64,000 nt of DNA from an uncultured virus (IMG/VR IMGVR_UViG_3300046516_000137) (lineage: Duplodnaviria > Heunggongvirae > Uroviricota > Caudoviricetes): IMG/VR virus record IMGVR_UViG_3300046516_000137, one strand, 5' to 3'. This document shows, piece after piece, positions 30,770-40,915 of this stretch. The notes under the pieces were generated by a model. The model was given only the letters and a program-made list of their open reading frames with translations. It was not told the origin of the DNA and searched no databases. Numbering within the stretch: position 1 is the first letter of the stretch; every line of letters starts with the position of its first letter. The translations under genes and the position numbers were made by a program.

Positions 30770-31222
30770 TTACTGTTGTGTGAGTGTGATATTAGCTATT
30801 GGAATAGTAATAGATTGATTCTGTGGAGCCAGCACTGGTATATCCCACTGCCAAGTAGCAATAACTTCCCCAGAAGTTCCGGATACAACATTGACCAGTG
30901 CCCCAAATGTTGTAGTAGTTCCAGAGCCAGCAGCTCCTGTAAAGGGTCCGAATGTCAGAAGATTAGAATTCTGAATCTGACTGGTTCCATTATTAGGTGT
31001 AGATGCTGCTGTAAATGTAGCGACCTGTCGTGCATAACCTGTAGCCGCAAGTTCAGTAAGTTCTGATAGCTGCGGATTAGTTGGAACTGCTGAAGTAGTC
31101 GTAGGATCTGCGGTCAGTAGCATAACGTATGCAGTTGTCGGAGGAGTCCAACCACCTAGTGAAGTACCTGTAATCCAGTCCAGCATGGCACGGTCTGTTG
31201 TGTCGGTGAAATTACCTGACAT
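30770..31222 (-). CDS. structural protein
   Basis: GYARQ motif common in phage fibre/attachment proteins. Confidence 0.65.
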   Translation of the reverse strand: MSGNFTDTTDRAMLDWITGTSLGGWTPPTTAYVMLLTADPTTTSAVPTNPQLSELTELAATGYARQVATFTAASTPNNGTSQIQNSNLLTFGPFTGAAGSGTTTTFGALVNVVSGTSGEVIATWQWDIPVLAPQNQSITIPIANITLTQQ

Positions 31223-31257
31223 ATTGACTTCCTATTTTGTCGAGACAAAAGCTTGTC

Positions 31258-31641
31258 TTAGCGGTAGCCACCGGTCCATAGGAGGCCCTTACTGTCTAGG
31301 TGTCTCGCCAAATCCAGCGGCACCGTATACTTGCGGCCCTCTTCAAAGTTATAGTGCTGTCCGGCACCAAAGGTTACAGACTCAAGAGTAGTATTCGGGA
31401 TGATCGTACGAGTCGGGGTTTCCAGCTCAATCTCTTCATCTCTTTGGTAAAGCTCATCCTCTACTACACGGGTAAGGGGACCATCTGAATAATCAATAGG
31501 AACTGCGTTCTCCTCGGCTTCAACCTCAGCCATCATAGAAATTTCCTGTGATCTCTTCTTGAGTTCAGCCTGGTTTTCCTTCTGAAGACGCTCAGTCTCA
31601 ATACCTGTCAAGTCTCCTGCACGCTTGCGTGGTGCTGCCAT
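31258..31641 (-). CDS. head-associated hypothetical protein
   Basis: RBS GGAG; FEEGRKYTVP. Confidence 0.7.
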   Translation of the reverse strand: MAAPRKRAGDLTGIETERLQKENQAELKKRSQEISMMAEVEAEENAVPIDYSDGPLTRVVEDELYQRDEEIELETPTRTIIPNTTLESVTFGAGQHYNFEEGRKYTVPLDLARHLDSKGLLWTGGYR

Positions 31642-31662
31642 GTTATTCTCCTAGTTATTAGC

Positions 31663-32193
31663 TCAGTAGTTGTGCTTTTGTATATATTCTATCGCTGATT
31701 GTAGGGCGCTTACACTTTCAAGAAAACGCGCAATACCTACATTACAATTGTCGCAGAGCAGTTCTCTCACTGCTCCGGACGTATGATTATGGTCTACACA
31801 CAAACGCTTGTCAGAAGACAATTTACATATAGCGCATAGTCCCTGTTGATCAGTAAACATCTGATCGTAGTCTTTAATAGTAATGCCGTAATTACGTAGG
31901 TACTCTCGTTCCCTAGAACATGTTTTACACTGACGCTTATTGTCTTTAGTAAGATAGGTATTTTTATCGTCGTATAAATGCTTAGAGGGACAGTGAGTTC
32001 TATCTTTAGTGGCCACCTTTACTATGTGGTCTACTCGCTCTACACCTCTATACTTATCCTTGGCCATTTGCTTACAGATAGAACAGCGAATAGTTCCGGC
32101 TTGTTTAGAACTGTCAGGATACCTATAGATAGTTTCCTCAGTAAGAAGATGTTCCCGAGAACAAGTGCCACCCAAAATTAGTTTATTAGTCAT
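31663..32193 (-). CDS. endonuclease VII-family (homing-like) nuclease
   Basis: YGIT..DY...CAIC...RLCVDHNH...VRELLCDNCNVGI; N-terminal Zn repeats. Confidence 0.9.
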   Translation of the reverse strand: MTNKLILGGTCSREHLLTEETIYRYPDSSKQAGTIRCSICKQMAKDKYRGVERVDHIVKVATKDRTHCPSKHLYDDKNTYLTKDNKRQCKTCSREREYLRNYGITIKDYDQMFTDQQGLCAICKLSSDKRLCVDHNHTSGAVRELLCDNCNVGIARFLESVSALQSAIEYIQKHNY

Positions 32194-32221
32194 GAGTACA
32201 GTATAGCATTACTTGGTGGCA

Positions 32222-32252
32222 CAAAAGAAAACCCTGCCCATAGCAGGCAGGG
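32222..32252 (-). terminator. intrinsic terminator after the major capsid gene
   Basis: CCCTGCC-TGCTATG-GGCAGGG followed by TTTTCTTTT on the minus strand. Confidence 0.75.
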
Positions 32253-32280
32253 CTCCCTATGTGTTGTAAAACTTATGGTA

Positions 32281-33312
32281 TTAGTTAGTTGATGCAATTA
32301 CTACGGAAATGTCTGTGATTAATCCCAATCCCCATATAGCATACCACGCCAAAGCGTGTTCTCTTCCAAAATCTAGGATACCGCCATCGCGCAATTCAAC
32401 AGGTAGAGAAATAGCGTGTCCGAATGCATTGTCTCCAATGAAGATGGAATCATAACGGTTAGTTGCACCATTACCAGTTGTTACACCATTAGTTGTGGTA
32501 TCAGTTGTCCAACCTGCTCCAGCTCCACCTACAACATTACGAACCTGAGTAGTCTCGATAAACACTACGTCGTTGAGTCTACCTATCTCACCTAGCATAA
32601 AGTTACCTGGAGCGGCATACTTAGTCATTTCAATAAACTGTGGATCATTTCTTAGCCATCTTGACTGGTGTGGGTGTACGAAACATACATATGTCTCACC
32701 AAGTCTTGGAACATTCTTTGTAGCCAAAGTTTCTACAGCGTCGAATACAACCTGGGAAGTAAGGTTGAAGTCACCAGTCATAGATACATTGGATGTTCCA
32801 GGAGTTCCTACATTGTAGAATACCTGGTTGTTGATTGCGCCAGAATCCTTCTGGTATCCGAATAGCTGAGAGGATGCCTGTAGAAGAGTGTTTCTTGCGG
32901 AGATGTCTAGATAGGTAGCCATGTTACGACCTAGTAGACGAGAAGCAGAAGCCATAACATCATCGAAGGATGCGTTAAGTAGAAGCTCGGAAACAGCAAC
33001 AGCGAATCCCTGTTCTGCAACAGTAATAGAGAACTGAGAAGCTGTTAGTGGAGCAGTCTGCATACGAATACCTTCAACAAGCTGGGAAGCCTGTCCAAGG
33101 TTGTTGTATCTCATGAAGTTAATTGTAAGACCAGGGGTAACGCCTAGCTCTGTCTTCTTTACTGCGAATTGCTCGAAACGCAGGATAGGCATTGCCTGGA
33201 ATAGAATTTCTTTTGACCAGATAGTCTGAATTGCAGGGGAAAGAGCAGAGCTACTTCCGTAAGAAGTTGGGACTCCGGAAATATTCGGTGTGCCCGTAAT
33301 TGCTGAGGCCAT
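32281..33312 (-). CDS. major capsid protein (N4-gp56-like, HK97 fold)
   Basis: 343 aa; FVHPHQ, GEIGRL, DFGR..LAWY; downstream of the scaffold. Confidence 0.92.
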   Translation of the reverse strand: MASAITGTPNISGVPTSYGSSSALSPAIQTIWSKEILFQAMPILRFEQFAVKKTELGVTPGLTINFMRYNNLGQASQLVEGIRMQTAPLTASQFSITVAEQGFAVAVSELLLNASFDDVMASASRLLGRNMATYLDISARNTLLQASSQLFGYQKDSGAINNQVFYNVGTPGTSNVSMTGDFNLTSQVVFDAVETLATKNVPRLGETYVCFVHPHQSRWLRNDPQFIEMTKYAAPGNFMLGEIGRLNDVVFIETTQVRNVVGGAGAGWTTDTTTNGVTTGNGATNRYDSIFIGDNAFGHAISLPVELRDGGILDFGREHALAWYAIWGLGLITDISVVIASTN

Positions 33313-33369
33313 ATTTAGTCCTTATCGATTATATGGGTTCGGGCACTAGCCGTACCCAGTGTGTTTACT

Positions 33370-33669
33370 TTATATATTAATACAGATTAGGTATAAAGTG
33401 GGTGATCCGAAGGTTAACCACTCATACGCTCCCTGAACTGTCCAGGAAGTTCCGTCAGAAGATGGGTAGCTGCCAACAGCTCCAGATACAGAATAATTCG
33501 GTACACCAAATAGTGAACCACTAAAAATTTTCTTACCTGTAGGGGCGCTAAATGTCTGATTACAGTACCCATTACTATCTAGTGTAATCGTATGACTTAC
33601 TACTTCATAGCCTAAATCTACAGTCTGAGACGGAATATCTATGGAGGCACTTTGAGCTGGAATTAACAT
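33370..33669 (-). CDS. small beta-rich protein inserted between scaffold and capsid
   Basis: 99-aa ORF with RBS. Confidence 0.6.
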   Translation of the reverse strand: MLIPAQSASIDIPSQTVDLGYEVVSHTITLDSNGYCNQTFSAPTGKKIFSGSLFGVPNYSVSGAVGSYPSSDGTSWTVQGAYEWLTFGSPTLYLICINI

Positions 33670-33684
33670 TTACTTCCTATTCTA

Positions 33685-34497
33685 CTAACCAAAGAGGCCA
33701 CGGTTAAGAGATGCATCCTTACCAGCCAGTCCAGATTCTTGACGGAACTTTGCATACTCAGCCATAGACATGTTGTTAATGTCCTGTGATGTGTATGTCT
33801 TTGATCCCATAGATCCTTCAATTGGACCTAGTGGAGGATAACCTGTAGTAGAGACACCTCTTGGTTGTGCTACCTGCTGTTGTCTTGCCGCAGCTACTTC
33901 ATCAGCAATGGACTGAGTAGCAGCCTTTGCTTGTGCTATAGCGTTGTCAATCTGTTCCTTAGTCTCACCGGTAATGAAGTTATGGAACTGCGGAGCAATG
34001 TCTTCAGCATTTGCAGTAATAGCAGATGTTCTATAGTCTACAAGTTCATTATATGCTCTTTCCTTGGCAAGAAGTGCACGCTCATTGTCACGCTCTTGTT
34101 GGAGTGTGCTAAAGCGATTCTCCCAAGTATCATTAGTCTCCTTCAGCTTGGCTTCAAGAAGCTGCTTTGCAGACATCTCTTCTTCCTTCTTAGCCTGAAG
34201 TGCTGAGTCCTTTTCCTGCTGCTTACGCGCGACTTCTGCAAGTTCCTGCGCTCTCTGCTCCTCAATGGTCTTAAGGGACTTCTGAGCTTCTGCCCACTGG
34301 TCCTTCAAAGACTTGATATCAGAGTAGAGCTTGTCCTTCTCTTCCTGTCTTACTCTTGCTAGGTCTGCTTCAGTGAATGTACGTTCACCTGTAGCTCCGT
34401 GTGCAAAAGAAGATGGGGAAGGGTTTGGACTCTGCGCACCATTATCGCTTGGAGACTCAATTGTTGCCGCCAAACCTGGCTGTACTGGAACTGTCAT
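33685..34497 (-). CDS. capsid scaffolding protein
   Basis: RTFTEADL, long coiled coil, MSMAEYAKFR; between portal and capsid. Confidence 0.85.
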   Translation of the reverse strand: MTVPVQPGLAATIESPSDNGAQSPNPSPSSFAHGATGERTFTEADLARVRQEEKDKLYSDIKSLKDQWAEAQKSLKTIEEQRAQELAEVARKQQEKDSALQAKKEEEMSAKQLLEAKLKETNDTWENRFSTLQQERDNERALLAKERAYNELVDYRTSAITANAEDIAPQFHNFITGETKEQIDNAIAQAKAATQSIADEVAAARQQQVAQPRGVSTTGYPPLGPIEGSMGSKTYTSQDINNMSMAEYAKFRQESGLAGKDASLNRGLFG

Positions 34498-34566
34498 TTT
34501 TCTATCTCCTGAGTTTTAACTAGCCGTTTTCCGAATATGTCCCGAATTAATGTACTTAACGTTATT

Positions 34567-36285
34567 CTAATTGTCGTCTGTAGGTAGCTGGCGTGAACCT
34601 AGCTTAGTACCGTATGCGTTGTTAACCATCTCTCTTAGAGCATTCATGGAACCTGCTCCATCCAAAGCCTGTAGATTAGGAGTCTGATCAATCTTATCCG
34701 GACCATTATCTGTTGGCTTAGGGTTTCCTTCTGCATCTGTAGCAGGAACTGCATTAGGATCTGCAACAGACCCGTCTTCAGTTGGTAGAAGACCAGTAGA
34801 CCCGAGAGCGATAGCATCTATCTGTGTTCTCAGCATACGTAGTGCACCATCACGAATTGCATCTTCATGTAGCTCATCATAGATTTCCTGAAGCTTGTCA
34901 TCTGGGAACTGTTCTCCCAATTCCTTCAGTGCTCCTCTACGACTTTCAAGATCCATGTTCATCATGGCTGCGATCTCATTCAGCTTTACAAGCTTGTCGA
35001 TTGGAAGTGGTGAAGGCCAATCGATATCACTGAAGTAGACCAGTGGATCATTAGGATCAATCATCAATGGCTGACCCTCTTGTATAATCCCCTCTGTATC
35101 AGGATTATAAAGTAATGCTTCAGGCTCAAAAATGAATAGAGTTCTAAGAGCTAACTCATTTATCTTTTGTAGTCCCTTACCATATTGTATCTTCTTTAGG
35201 TCAAACTTTTGCATTAGTGGCAAAAACTGCATTGCAAGAGCTACACCAGAAGTATTTGAAATAGCCTGTGACTGTCCAAGAGCAGACTCTGGAACACCTG
35301 TCATCTCATGCATACCAATCTTGAGGGTATGCAAAACTTCAAGTGGCCACTGTAGATCCACACCATTTTCAAGGTTATGGATATCTACGTCCTTGCTACC
35401 AATAGACCAAACACGGTTGGTACCCTTCTCAAGTTGACTTGGCTTTGCGCCAATAACAACTGTGATAGGAGCTGCATGATAGTTTACGATATCAGCAATG
35501 TCAGTAGCAGTTTCATTGTACTGACGGTTGAGAGTAATAATGTCCTGTACATCGCTCATTCCCCAAGGGGAACCTGATGCAGGATGATTGGCGATATGCA
35601 CGATAGGAATAACACCTAGTGCATTTGGACGCTCATCAATAAGCTCATCATTTACATACTCACGAATGACATCAGAACGAATCAATTCAGTATAAGTATA
35701 TACGCTTCTTGTACCTTCTGTGTTTGTTCCCCAGAAACGGTACTTAAGTTTGAACTCCAGAAGTCTGTCACGGTCGTGTGGATGCCAGGTTGGAAAGCAG
35801 TAGGCAGAGTTAAGGGGAAGGATACGGACTCTTCCAGGATGGAAGTTACCAGCATCATCAGTCCACTCTGATTCGTAGGCTACCTTCAAAAAACAGTCTC
35901 CAGAGACACCGCCCTGTTGACCCATCTCCCAGGTAACGGCCTTCATATTATTATCCTGCTGCCAAATTCTCTTCAGCAGAGCGGGAATAATGTGGTCATA
36001 TTCCTTGATGGTATCAAAGGCGATGCCTCTGGAGAAACAGAAGTTATTTATATAGTCAGCGAATGACTTGATGTAATTGAAAGTAAGTTGAGGATCACCG
36101 AATTCACGTCTGGTTCCCCAGTGGTGTCCTAGATACCAAGCCCAGTACTCTGCATATCTATTGAGTCTTGGCCCATGCATTTCAAATTCTTCATCGGAAA
36201 GCTCTACTAAACCTAGTGGTGATATTGCTATCGCTAGGTCTGATGCTGCTGCTCTCATTGACGGAGAAGCGAAACTCATTGACAT
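34567..36285 (-). CDS. portal protein (SPP1 gp6-like)
   Basis: NALGVIPIVH, GMSDV, SNTSGVAL. Confidence 0.9.
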   Translation of the reverse strand: MSMSFASPSMRAAASDLAIAISPLGLVELSDEEFEMHGPRLNRYAEYWAWYLGHHWGTRREFGDPQLTFNYIKSFADYINNFCFSRGIAFDTIKEYDHIIPALLKRIWQQDNNMKAVTWEMGQQGGVSGDCFLKVAYESEWTDDAGNFHPGRVRILPLNSAYCFPTWHPHDRDRLLEFKLKYRFWGTNTEGTRSVYTYTELIRSDVIREYVNDELIDERPNALGVIPIVHIANHPASGSPWGMSDVQDIITLNRQYNETATDIADIVNYHAAPITVVIGAKPSQLEKGTNRVWSIGSKDVDIHNLENGVDLQWPLEVLHTLKIGMHEMTGVPESALGQSQAISNTSGVALAMQFLPLMQKFDLKKIQYGKGLQKINELALRTLFIFEPEALLYNPDTEGIIQEGQPLMIDPNDPLVYFSDIDWPSPLPIDKLVKLNEIAAMMNMDLESRRGALKELGEQFPDDKLQEIYDELHEDAIRDGALRMLRTQIDAIALGSTGLLPTEDGSVADPNAVPATDAEGNPKPTDNGPDKIDQTPNLQALDGAGSMNALREMVNNAYGTKLGSRQLPTDDN

Positions 36286-36351
36286 GGGCTATTCTCAATT
36301 CTTCGAATTAGTATCTCTTGATCTACAGATTACCACATATTACTTAAGAGA

Positions 36352-38592
36352 TTATGCGGTATCAAATCTACCTGCTATTAAAATTGCTCCTTGTGAAGTG
36401 TTATTTAGAGAAGTAGCTGCCTTAGTAGCAGCAATATATCCAAGAAGACAAGCCTGACTTCCAATTAGATCCGGATTGGGTGTAAAAATTTCCTGACCAA
36501 ATGCAGCAGTAGCCAGCGCTAGGGAACCGTAATCCACCTGCCCGTACTGAATAACAATCTGAGACCCTGAGACTCCTGTAGGAACTTGCCATATTCTATG
36601 TATAGCAGCATGACCATTAGCGCTTAGTGCAGTAATAGTTCCGGCATTATCATAGTTAGCAACATCAATAGTTGTTCTAGTTGCTGATTGAGATGAAGAG
36701 TTCTGAGTCACGTATCTAAAAGTGGCTACAGTTTCAGCAGGATTGGTTACTAGATTGGGAACAACGGTTCCACCTGTAGCAAAGTTTCGTCCTACAGCTA
36801 CCTGAGTACCGGCTGCCTTATTAATATTTAGGTTAGCCCCATTGAAAGTAATCTGATTACCAGATACTGAGAAAGACCCTAAGTTAATAAATAAGCCAAA
36901 TAGAGTGTCAGTAGAGTAGTCCAGAACTATTGGTGCACACATAATATTGTATAAGTTTCCAGTACCTGTAGCAGACCAAGTCACTCCTAGTTGCACATTA
37001 GATCTACGCTGGGAACCACTCAAAGCTGTAGTCTGAGAATGTATAACGCCACTGCTATCTGCATACCAATAGTTAACAACTTGTGGAGTCTGCAAACCAC
37101 TAAGTGTAATGGTCTGAGCACTTATATTAACAAGTGTCACAGCTGGATTAGCCGGATCTGTTGTGTAGTCAGCGATATAACCAACGGCGGCAGTAATATC
37201 AAACGCATTAAGAATACCGCCATTCTGCGTCATTACTCCACCACTTATAGTTCCACTACTAACAGTGACTGGGCGAATACCCCATGCCGCTGCTGATCCG
37301 GAAGAGGCTACTATACTCTTGCCAAAATTAGCTGTGCTAGAAACTGCTACACCAGTTATCTTGGATACGGTTGGATTAGGATATGTACCTGTTAAATCTC
37401 CCCCAGCACTTCCTGTTGGAGGAAGAACAGTAGGCAACTGACCAAATGCCATAGCGTCTGTAGCTAGTGTTGCATTAGCCAGAGATGTAATCTTATGGCT
37501 GTTCATAGATACGTTTGCTGCTGGTGCACTTACCAGATCAAGAGTAGGCATAGCATGGACGTGACCAGCATCAGCTACTTGTCCAACTGCTCCTGCTGCT
37601 TGGGTTCCTAAAGGCGCTATATTGCCCGCTGTGACGTTTACATTGTCTTGGGCAGCAGAACCTAGCCCTAGGGCTGTACGGGCCGCAGATGACGTTGTAG
37701 AGGCTGTTCCACCCTGGTTAAGAGGAAGGGGTGAAGCAAGGTGAGTGCCTACTACAGTAGGAAGCACATTAGTACCTGCTAAGTCTCCAGCAAGTTCAAT
37801 AGTTCCTGTAGTAGAAGTAGTAGCCCCAGGAAGATTACTTGGATCAACAGGTATTTCCAAACTTATAGTATTACCTACTTGGCGTAGGCCTAGACCTATA
37901 TTTACCAGACCAGGAGAAGAAAACTGAGTCCAGCTAATAGCAGTGGTTCCTACTGTATACGGTGGAGTTCCTACTACTACCCAGCCTGATCCTTTATTAG
38001 CTGTTCCATTGTTGATAAACGCTGCTGCTGCATTAACTTCAGCAGACTGATCCATATCAGTTGCACGAGTAAGAATATAAGGAATACCAACGGTTCCCAA
38101 AGTTGTCAGGGTGTAGATACCATTATTGGCTGAGGCCACTTCATTCTTTACCATAACTCGATCGTTAAGAAGAACGGTATAGCCATCAATAACAAGAACG
38201 CCAACAGCAGTAGCTGTAAGAGTAGCTCCTACACCTAGTGTTCCGTTGACATACACATTAGTAGGCAGAGCTGAAAGCGTGCCTACTGCCACAGAATTCT
38301 TTACGGAGATACCTGCGGAGATACCATCAGCATATCCCTTGGAGGCAGCATCTACTCCACTGATAGGAGAAGGTACGATGATTCGATCAGTAAAAGTCTT
38401 GGCTCCCGCAATATTCTGGTTAGTAGTAAGGTCCACATAGTTCTGGGTAATACTTCCAGTGCCTCCCTGGACAACAGGAAGAGGTGCACTTAGACTTGTG
38501 CTTTGTACTAATGGGTTGGGATAAGCTCCCATAAGGTCCCCACTGGCAGAGCCTGTAGGAGCACCTCCCCCGAAGCTTCCTCTAGATGCCAT
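36352..38592 (-). CDS. fibre-like structural protein
   Basis: Repeated GDLxGxYPNP motifs; DRVMVKN...NGIY...RATDMD. Confidence 0.75.
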   Translation of the reverse strand: MASRGSFGGGAPTGSASGDLMGAYPNPLVQSTSLSAPLPVVQGGTGSITQNYVDLTTNQNIAGAKTFTDRIIVPSPISGVDAASKGYADGISAGISVKNSVAVGTLSALPTNVYVNGTLGVGATLTATAVGVLVIDGYTVLLNDRVMVKNEVASANNGIYTLTTLGTVGIPYILTRATDMDQSAEVNAAAAFINNGTANKGSGWVVVGTPPYTVGTTAISWTQFSSPGLVNIGLGLRQVGNTISLEIPVDPSNLPGATTSTTGTIELAGDLAGTNVLPTVVGTHLASPLPLNQGGTASTTSSAARTALGLGSAAQDNVNVTAGNIAPLGTQAAGAVGQVADAGHVHAMPTLDLVSAPAANVSMNSHKITSLANATLATDAMAFGQLPTVLPPTGSAGGDLTGTYPNPTVSKITGVAVSSTANFGKSIVASSGSAAAWGIRPVTVSSGTISGGVMTQNGGILNAFDITAAVGYIADYTTDPANPAVTLVNISAQTITLSGLQTPQVVNYWYADSSGVIHSQTTALSGSQRRSNVQLGVTWSATGTGNLYNIMCAPIVLDYSTDTLFGLFINLGSFSVSGNQITFNGANLNINKAAGTQVAVGRNFATGGTVVPNLVTNPAETVATFRYVTQNSSSQSATRTTIDVANYDNAGTITALSANGHAAIHRIWQVPTGVSGSQIVIQYGQVDYGSLALATAAFGQEIFTPNPDLIGSQACLLGYIAATKAATSLNNTSQGAILIAGRFDTA

Positions 38593-38891
38593 TAGACACC
38601 AGCTTGTACAGTGAACGCAGCATTTGCAGCAGTAATGATCTTTACTACTGTATTGGATGTTGTAGCTATTGCTGGCTCTGGTGGAAGCTTAGGATTTACA
38701 GCATCAAGAAAACTCTGTGTAGGTACGAAGAAACATTCGTCTCCAGCAATAGTAGGGTCTACTCCGTCAAAACGGACCCACATATCTCCAGAACTTCTGT
38801 TAATAACTTCTATGTTGTGATACCAGTTGGCAAATGTAACTGTTGTTACTGCTGCACCTACTGTAGTACCGCTTGTAATATGAATAGCCAT
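38592..38891 (-). CDS. small beta-sandwich structural protein (paralogue)
   Basis: NIEVINR...MWVRFDG. Confidence 0.7.
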   Translation of the reverse strand: MAIHITSGTTVGAAVTTVTFANWYHNIEVINRSSGDMWVRFDGVDPTIAGDECFFVPTQSFLDAVNPKLPPEPAIATTSNTVVKIITAANAAFTVQAGV

Positions 38892-38957
38892 TTGGCTCTC
38901 CCAGTATTTGAGGGATGGGTGAGGAGAGTCCGGGTAGTAGTATGGAGATATTACTTA

Positions 38958-39281
38958 TTATGATGCGTATACAGTGAAAGGAATCGCTGTATCTGAGATG
39001 AGAAGAACGGATGTTCCGTTGACACTTCTGGTAATAGGTTCCTGGGACAGGATTCCATTGGGGAAGGTAACAGCCTGCCCAGGAAGAACAGGATAGTTGT
39101 CATCAGAGTTGCTTGGTGTCAGAGAAGCAAAAACAACTGGAGTGATACCGTCAGTTCTCAACCAGATAGTTCCAGTAGTTCCTCTGTGAATAACAGTTAT
39201 ATTGGCAAAGTACTGAGGAAAATTGACAGGATAAACCGTGTTAATTGTCAGAGTATCTGAATGTGCTCTACTTGCAGCCAT
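38958..39281 (-). CDS. small beta-sandwich structural protein (paralogue)
   Basis: NITVIHR...IWLRTDG. Confidence 0.7.
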   Translation of the reverse strand: MAASRAHSDTLTINTVYPVNFPQYFANITVIHRGTTGTIWLRTDGITPVVFASLTPSNSDDNYPVLPGQAVTFPNGILSQEPITRSVNGTSVLLISDTAIPFTVYAS

Positions 39282-39288
39282 TGGTTTC

Positions 39289-39513
39289 CTATCTCATATT
39301 TACCACAGAAGTGGTTTGGTCTACTGGGTACTTTACTTGCACATCACTTCTGGAAGGTAACTCTCCTCCGCTGTATCCAAGCCTGTTCAGGAACTGGTTC
39401 CGCTCTTGAATATCGGCAGAGTTCTGACCGGGAACAGGAGTGAGCATGTAGTCACCACGATTCCCGGTCAGTTCTGAGTAAGCGTCGGTACGTCTGTCAC
39501 GAAATACCGTCAT
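39289..39513 (-). CDS. hypothetical protein
   Basis: Operon packing. Confidence 0.6.
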   Translation of the reverse strand: MTVFRDRRTDAYSELTGNRGDYMLTPVPGQNSADIQERNQFLNRLGYSGGELPSRSDVQVKYPVDQTTSVVNMR

Positions 39514-39521
39514 GTTAATCC

Positions 39522-39890
39522 TTAACCTAGAACTGGGGAAGTTCCAGCACTTAGCGCTAGAGTAAGAACAACGTTTGCAGTTGAAGAGGTAGCGATGGTG
39601 CTGATAGGTGTGCTGGCAGCAGTGAATACTGGAACAGCAGACGGATCAGTAGCAAGTGGAGTTGAAGTTGTCAACTCTGGACGGGCAACACGGTTACGGA
39701 TGTATGTTGTTGCGCCGATTGGGCAGGATACAGAATCAACACCTGTGGTTACAGCAGTTCCAGATGTTGATACGAATACAGGCACAGTAGCTGCTGCTGG
39801 AACAGTTACAGCAATAAAGGGTGCCCAGGAAGTAAGCGTTGTAGTAGCTGCGGAAGTTCCAGCAGTTACAATTGTTGAGTAAACAGCCAT
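39522..39890 (-). CDS. Thr/Ala-rich structural protein
   Basis: Composition and layout similar to the two genes downstream. Confidence 0.65.
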   Translation of the reverse strand: MAVYSTIVTAGTSAATTTLTSWAPFIAVTVPAAATVPVFVSTSGTAVTTGVDSVSCPIGATTYIRNRVARPELTTSTPLATDPSAVPVFTAASTPISTIATSSTANVVLTLALSAGTSPVLG

Positions 39891-39909
39891 TAGTTAATCC
39901 AATCGATAA

Positions 39910-40185
39910 TTACTTGGTGGCTGTCTTGTCCACTGCATCAGCAGCAGCATTAACAACCTTGTCAGCTACGTTCACGTCAGAACGTAGAGTGTCAGCAACT
40001 GCCTCTACCTTTACAGCAGCGGCATGAATATCAGAAGCAACAGCAGTCTTTACAATCTCCTCAACAGGAGCCTGATGAACATGCTCAAGGACAGACTGTA
40101 GATGAGTAAGAAGAACGTGTAGATCACCCTCCACCTTATTCTTCACATCGACTAGCTTTGCCTCTACGTCAGTAAATACACTCAT
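39910..40185 (-). CDS. helical hypothetical protein
   Basis: Start MSVFTD with RBS AAGGA. Confidence 0.65.
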   Translation of the reverse strand: MSVFTDVEAKLVDVKNKVEGDLHVLLTHLQSVLEHVHQAPVEEIVKTAVASDIHAAAVKVEAVADTLRSDVNVADKVVNAAADAVDKTATK

Positions 40186-40196
40186 TTTATTTTCCT

Positions 40197-40403
40197 TTAG
40201 TTTCTTGCTACTGCCGCATTTGCGGAGTAGACAGCGCTTTCTAGGTGTGTGATGGCAAGAGACTTGTCTCTGCCTTCTGGTAACACGCTGTTCAACCATA
40301 GTGCATACTCTCTGGCCTTACCACGAATCTCTTCGTACAAGGCAGCAGTCTCAGGTGTGGAAGCGTGAAAAGTGAATCGGTTATTTAGATCGTTAATATC
40401 CAT
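40197..40403 (-). CDS. Acb2/Tad1-like helical-hairpin protein (candidate nucleotide-signal sponge)
   Basis: NRFTFH...LPEGRDKSLAITHLESAVYSANAAVARN. Confidence 0.65.
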   Translation of the reverse strand: MDINDLNNRFTFHASTPETAALYEEIRGKAREYALWLNSVLPEGRDKSLAITHLESAVYSANAAVARN

Positions 40404-40425
40404 ATAGTATTCCTTATAAAGTTTC

Positions 40426-40863
40426 TTAATTTGAGACGATTGCTGAGTGCAATCTTTCGTATCTTCCGCCAGAACGGGTAACCTCTTCAAAGCGGCGAGT
40501 AGCATTGGTGTCAACGTTTACTCCATGCATGAACTCTCCGGTCATACCAACAGAGTCAATCCAAGCAGCAGAACCTACGTGAGCACGTGCGCGCATTGTC
40601 TCAGCGGCAGGCTTCTCGAATACATTCATATTGTGGTTAGGACGACCAGGAGCGGTACGGTAACCCTGCATAGCACCTAGCTGGAAATCACTAGGAACAT
40701 CGGTATCAGTAGCAATACCTTCCTCAAAACGCAGTGGTCCACGACGCTCAGGATTAGAAGCACCCTTTGCCTCATAGTTGACTGCCCCACGGTCTCTTTC
40801 TGGGAATCTAGGAGCAGGGGCTAGCTGAACAGCACGTCCTGCTTCCTGGTACATTTCTGCCAT
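40426..40863 (-). CDS. hypothetical protein next to the terminase
   Basis: Strong RBS; 145 aa. Confidence 0.75.
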   Translation of the reverse strand: MAEMYQEAGRAVQLAPAPRFPERDRGAVNYEAKGASNPERRGPLRFEEGIATDTDVPSDFQLGAMQGYRTAPGRPNHNMNVFEKPAAETMRARAHVGSAAWIDSVGMTGEFMHGVNVDTNATRRFEEVTRSGGRYERLHSAIVSN

Positions 40864-40915
40864 ATTATTTCCTTAAGTTTATAGACGTCTATTACATATA
40901 ATACCCTATAATCGG

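Noticed and set aside
31663..33312. Group I intron in the capsid gene
   Set aside because: The capsid ORF is intact and followed by a terminator; the nuclease is free-standing.
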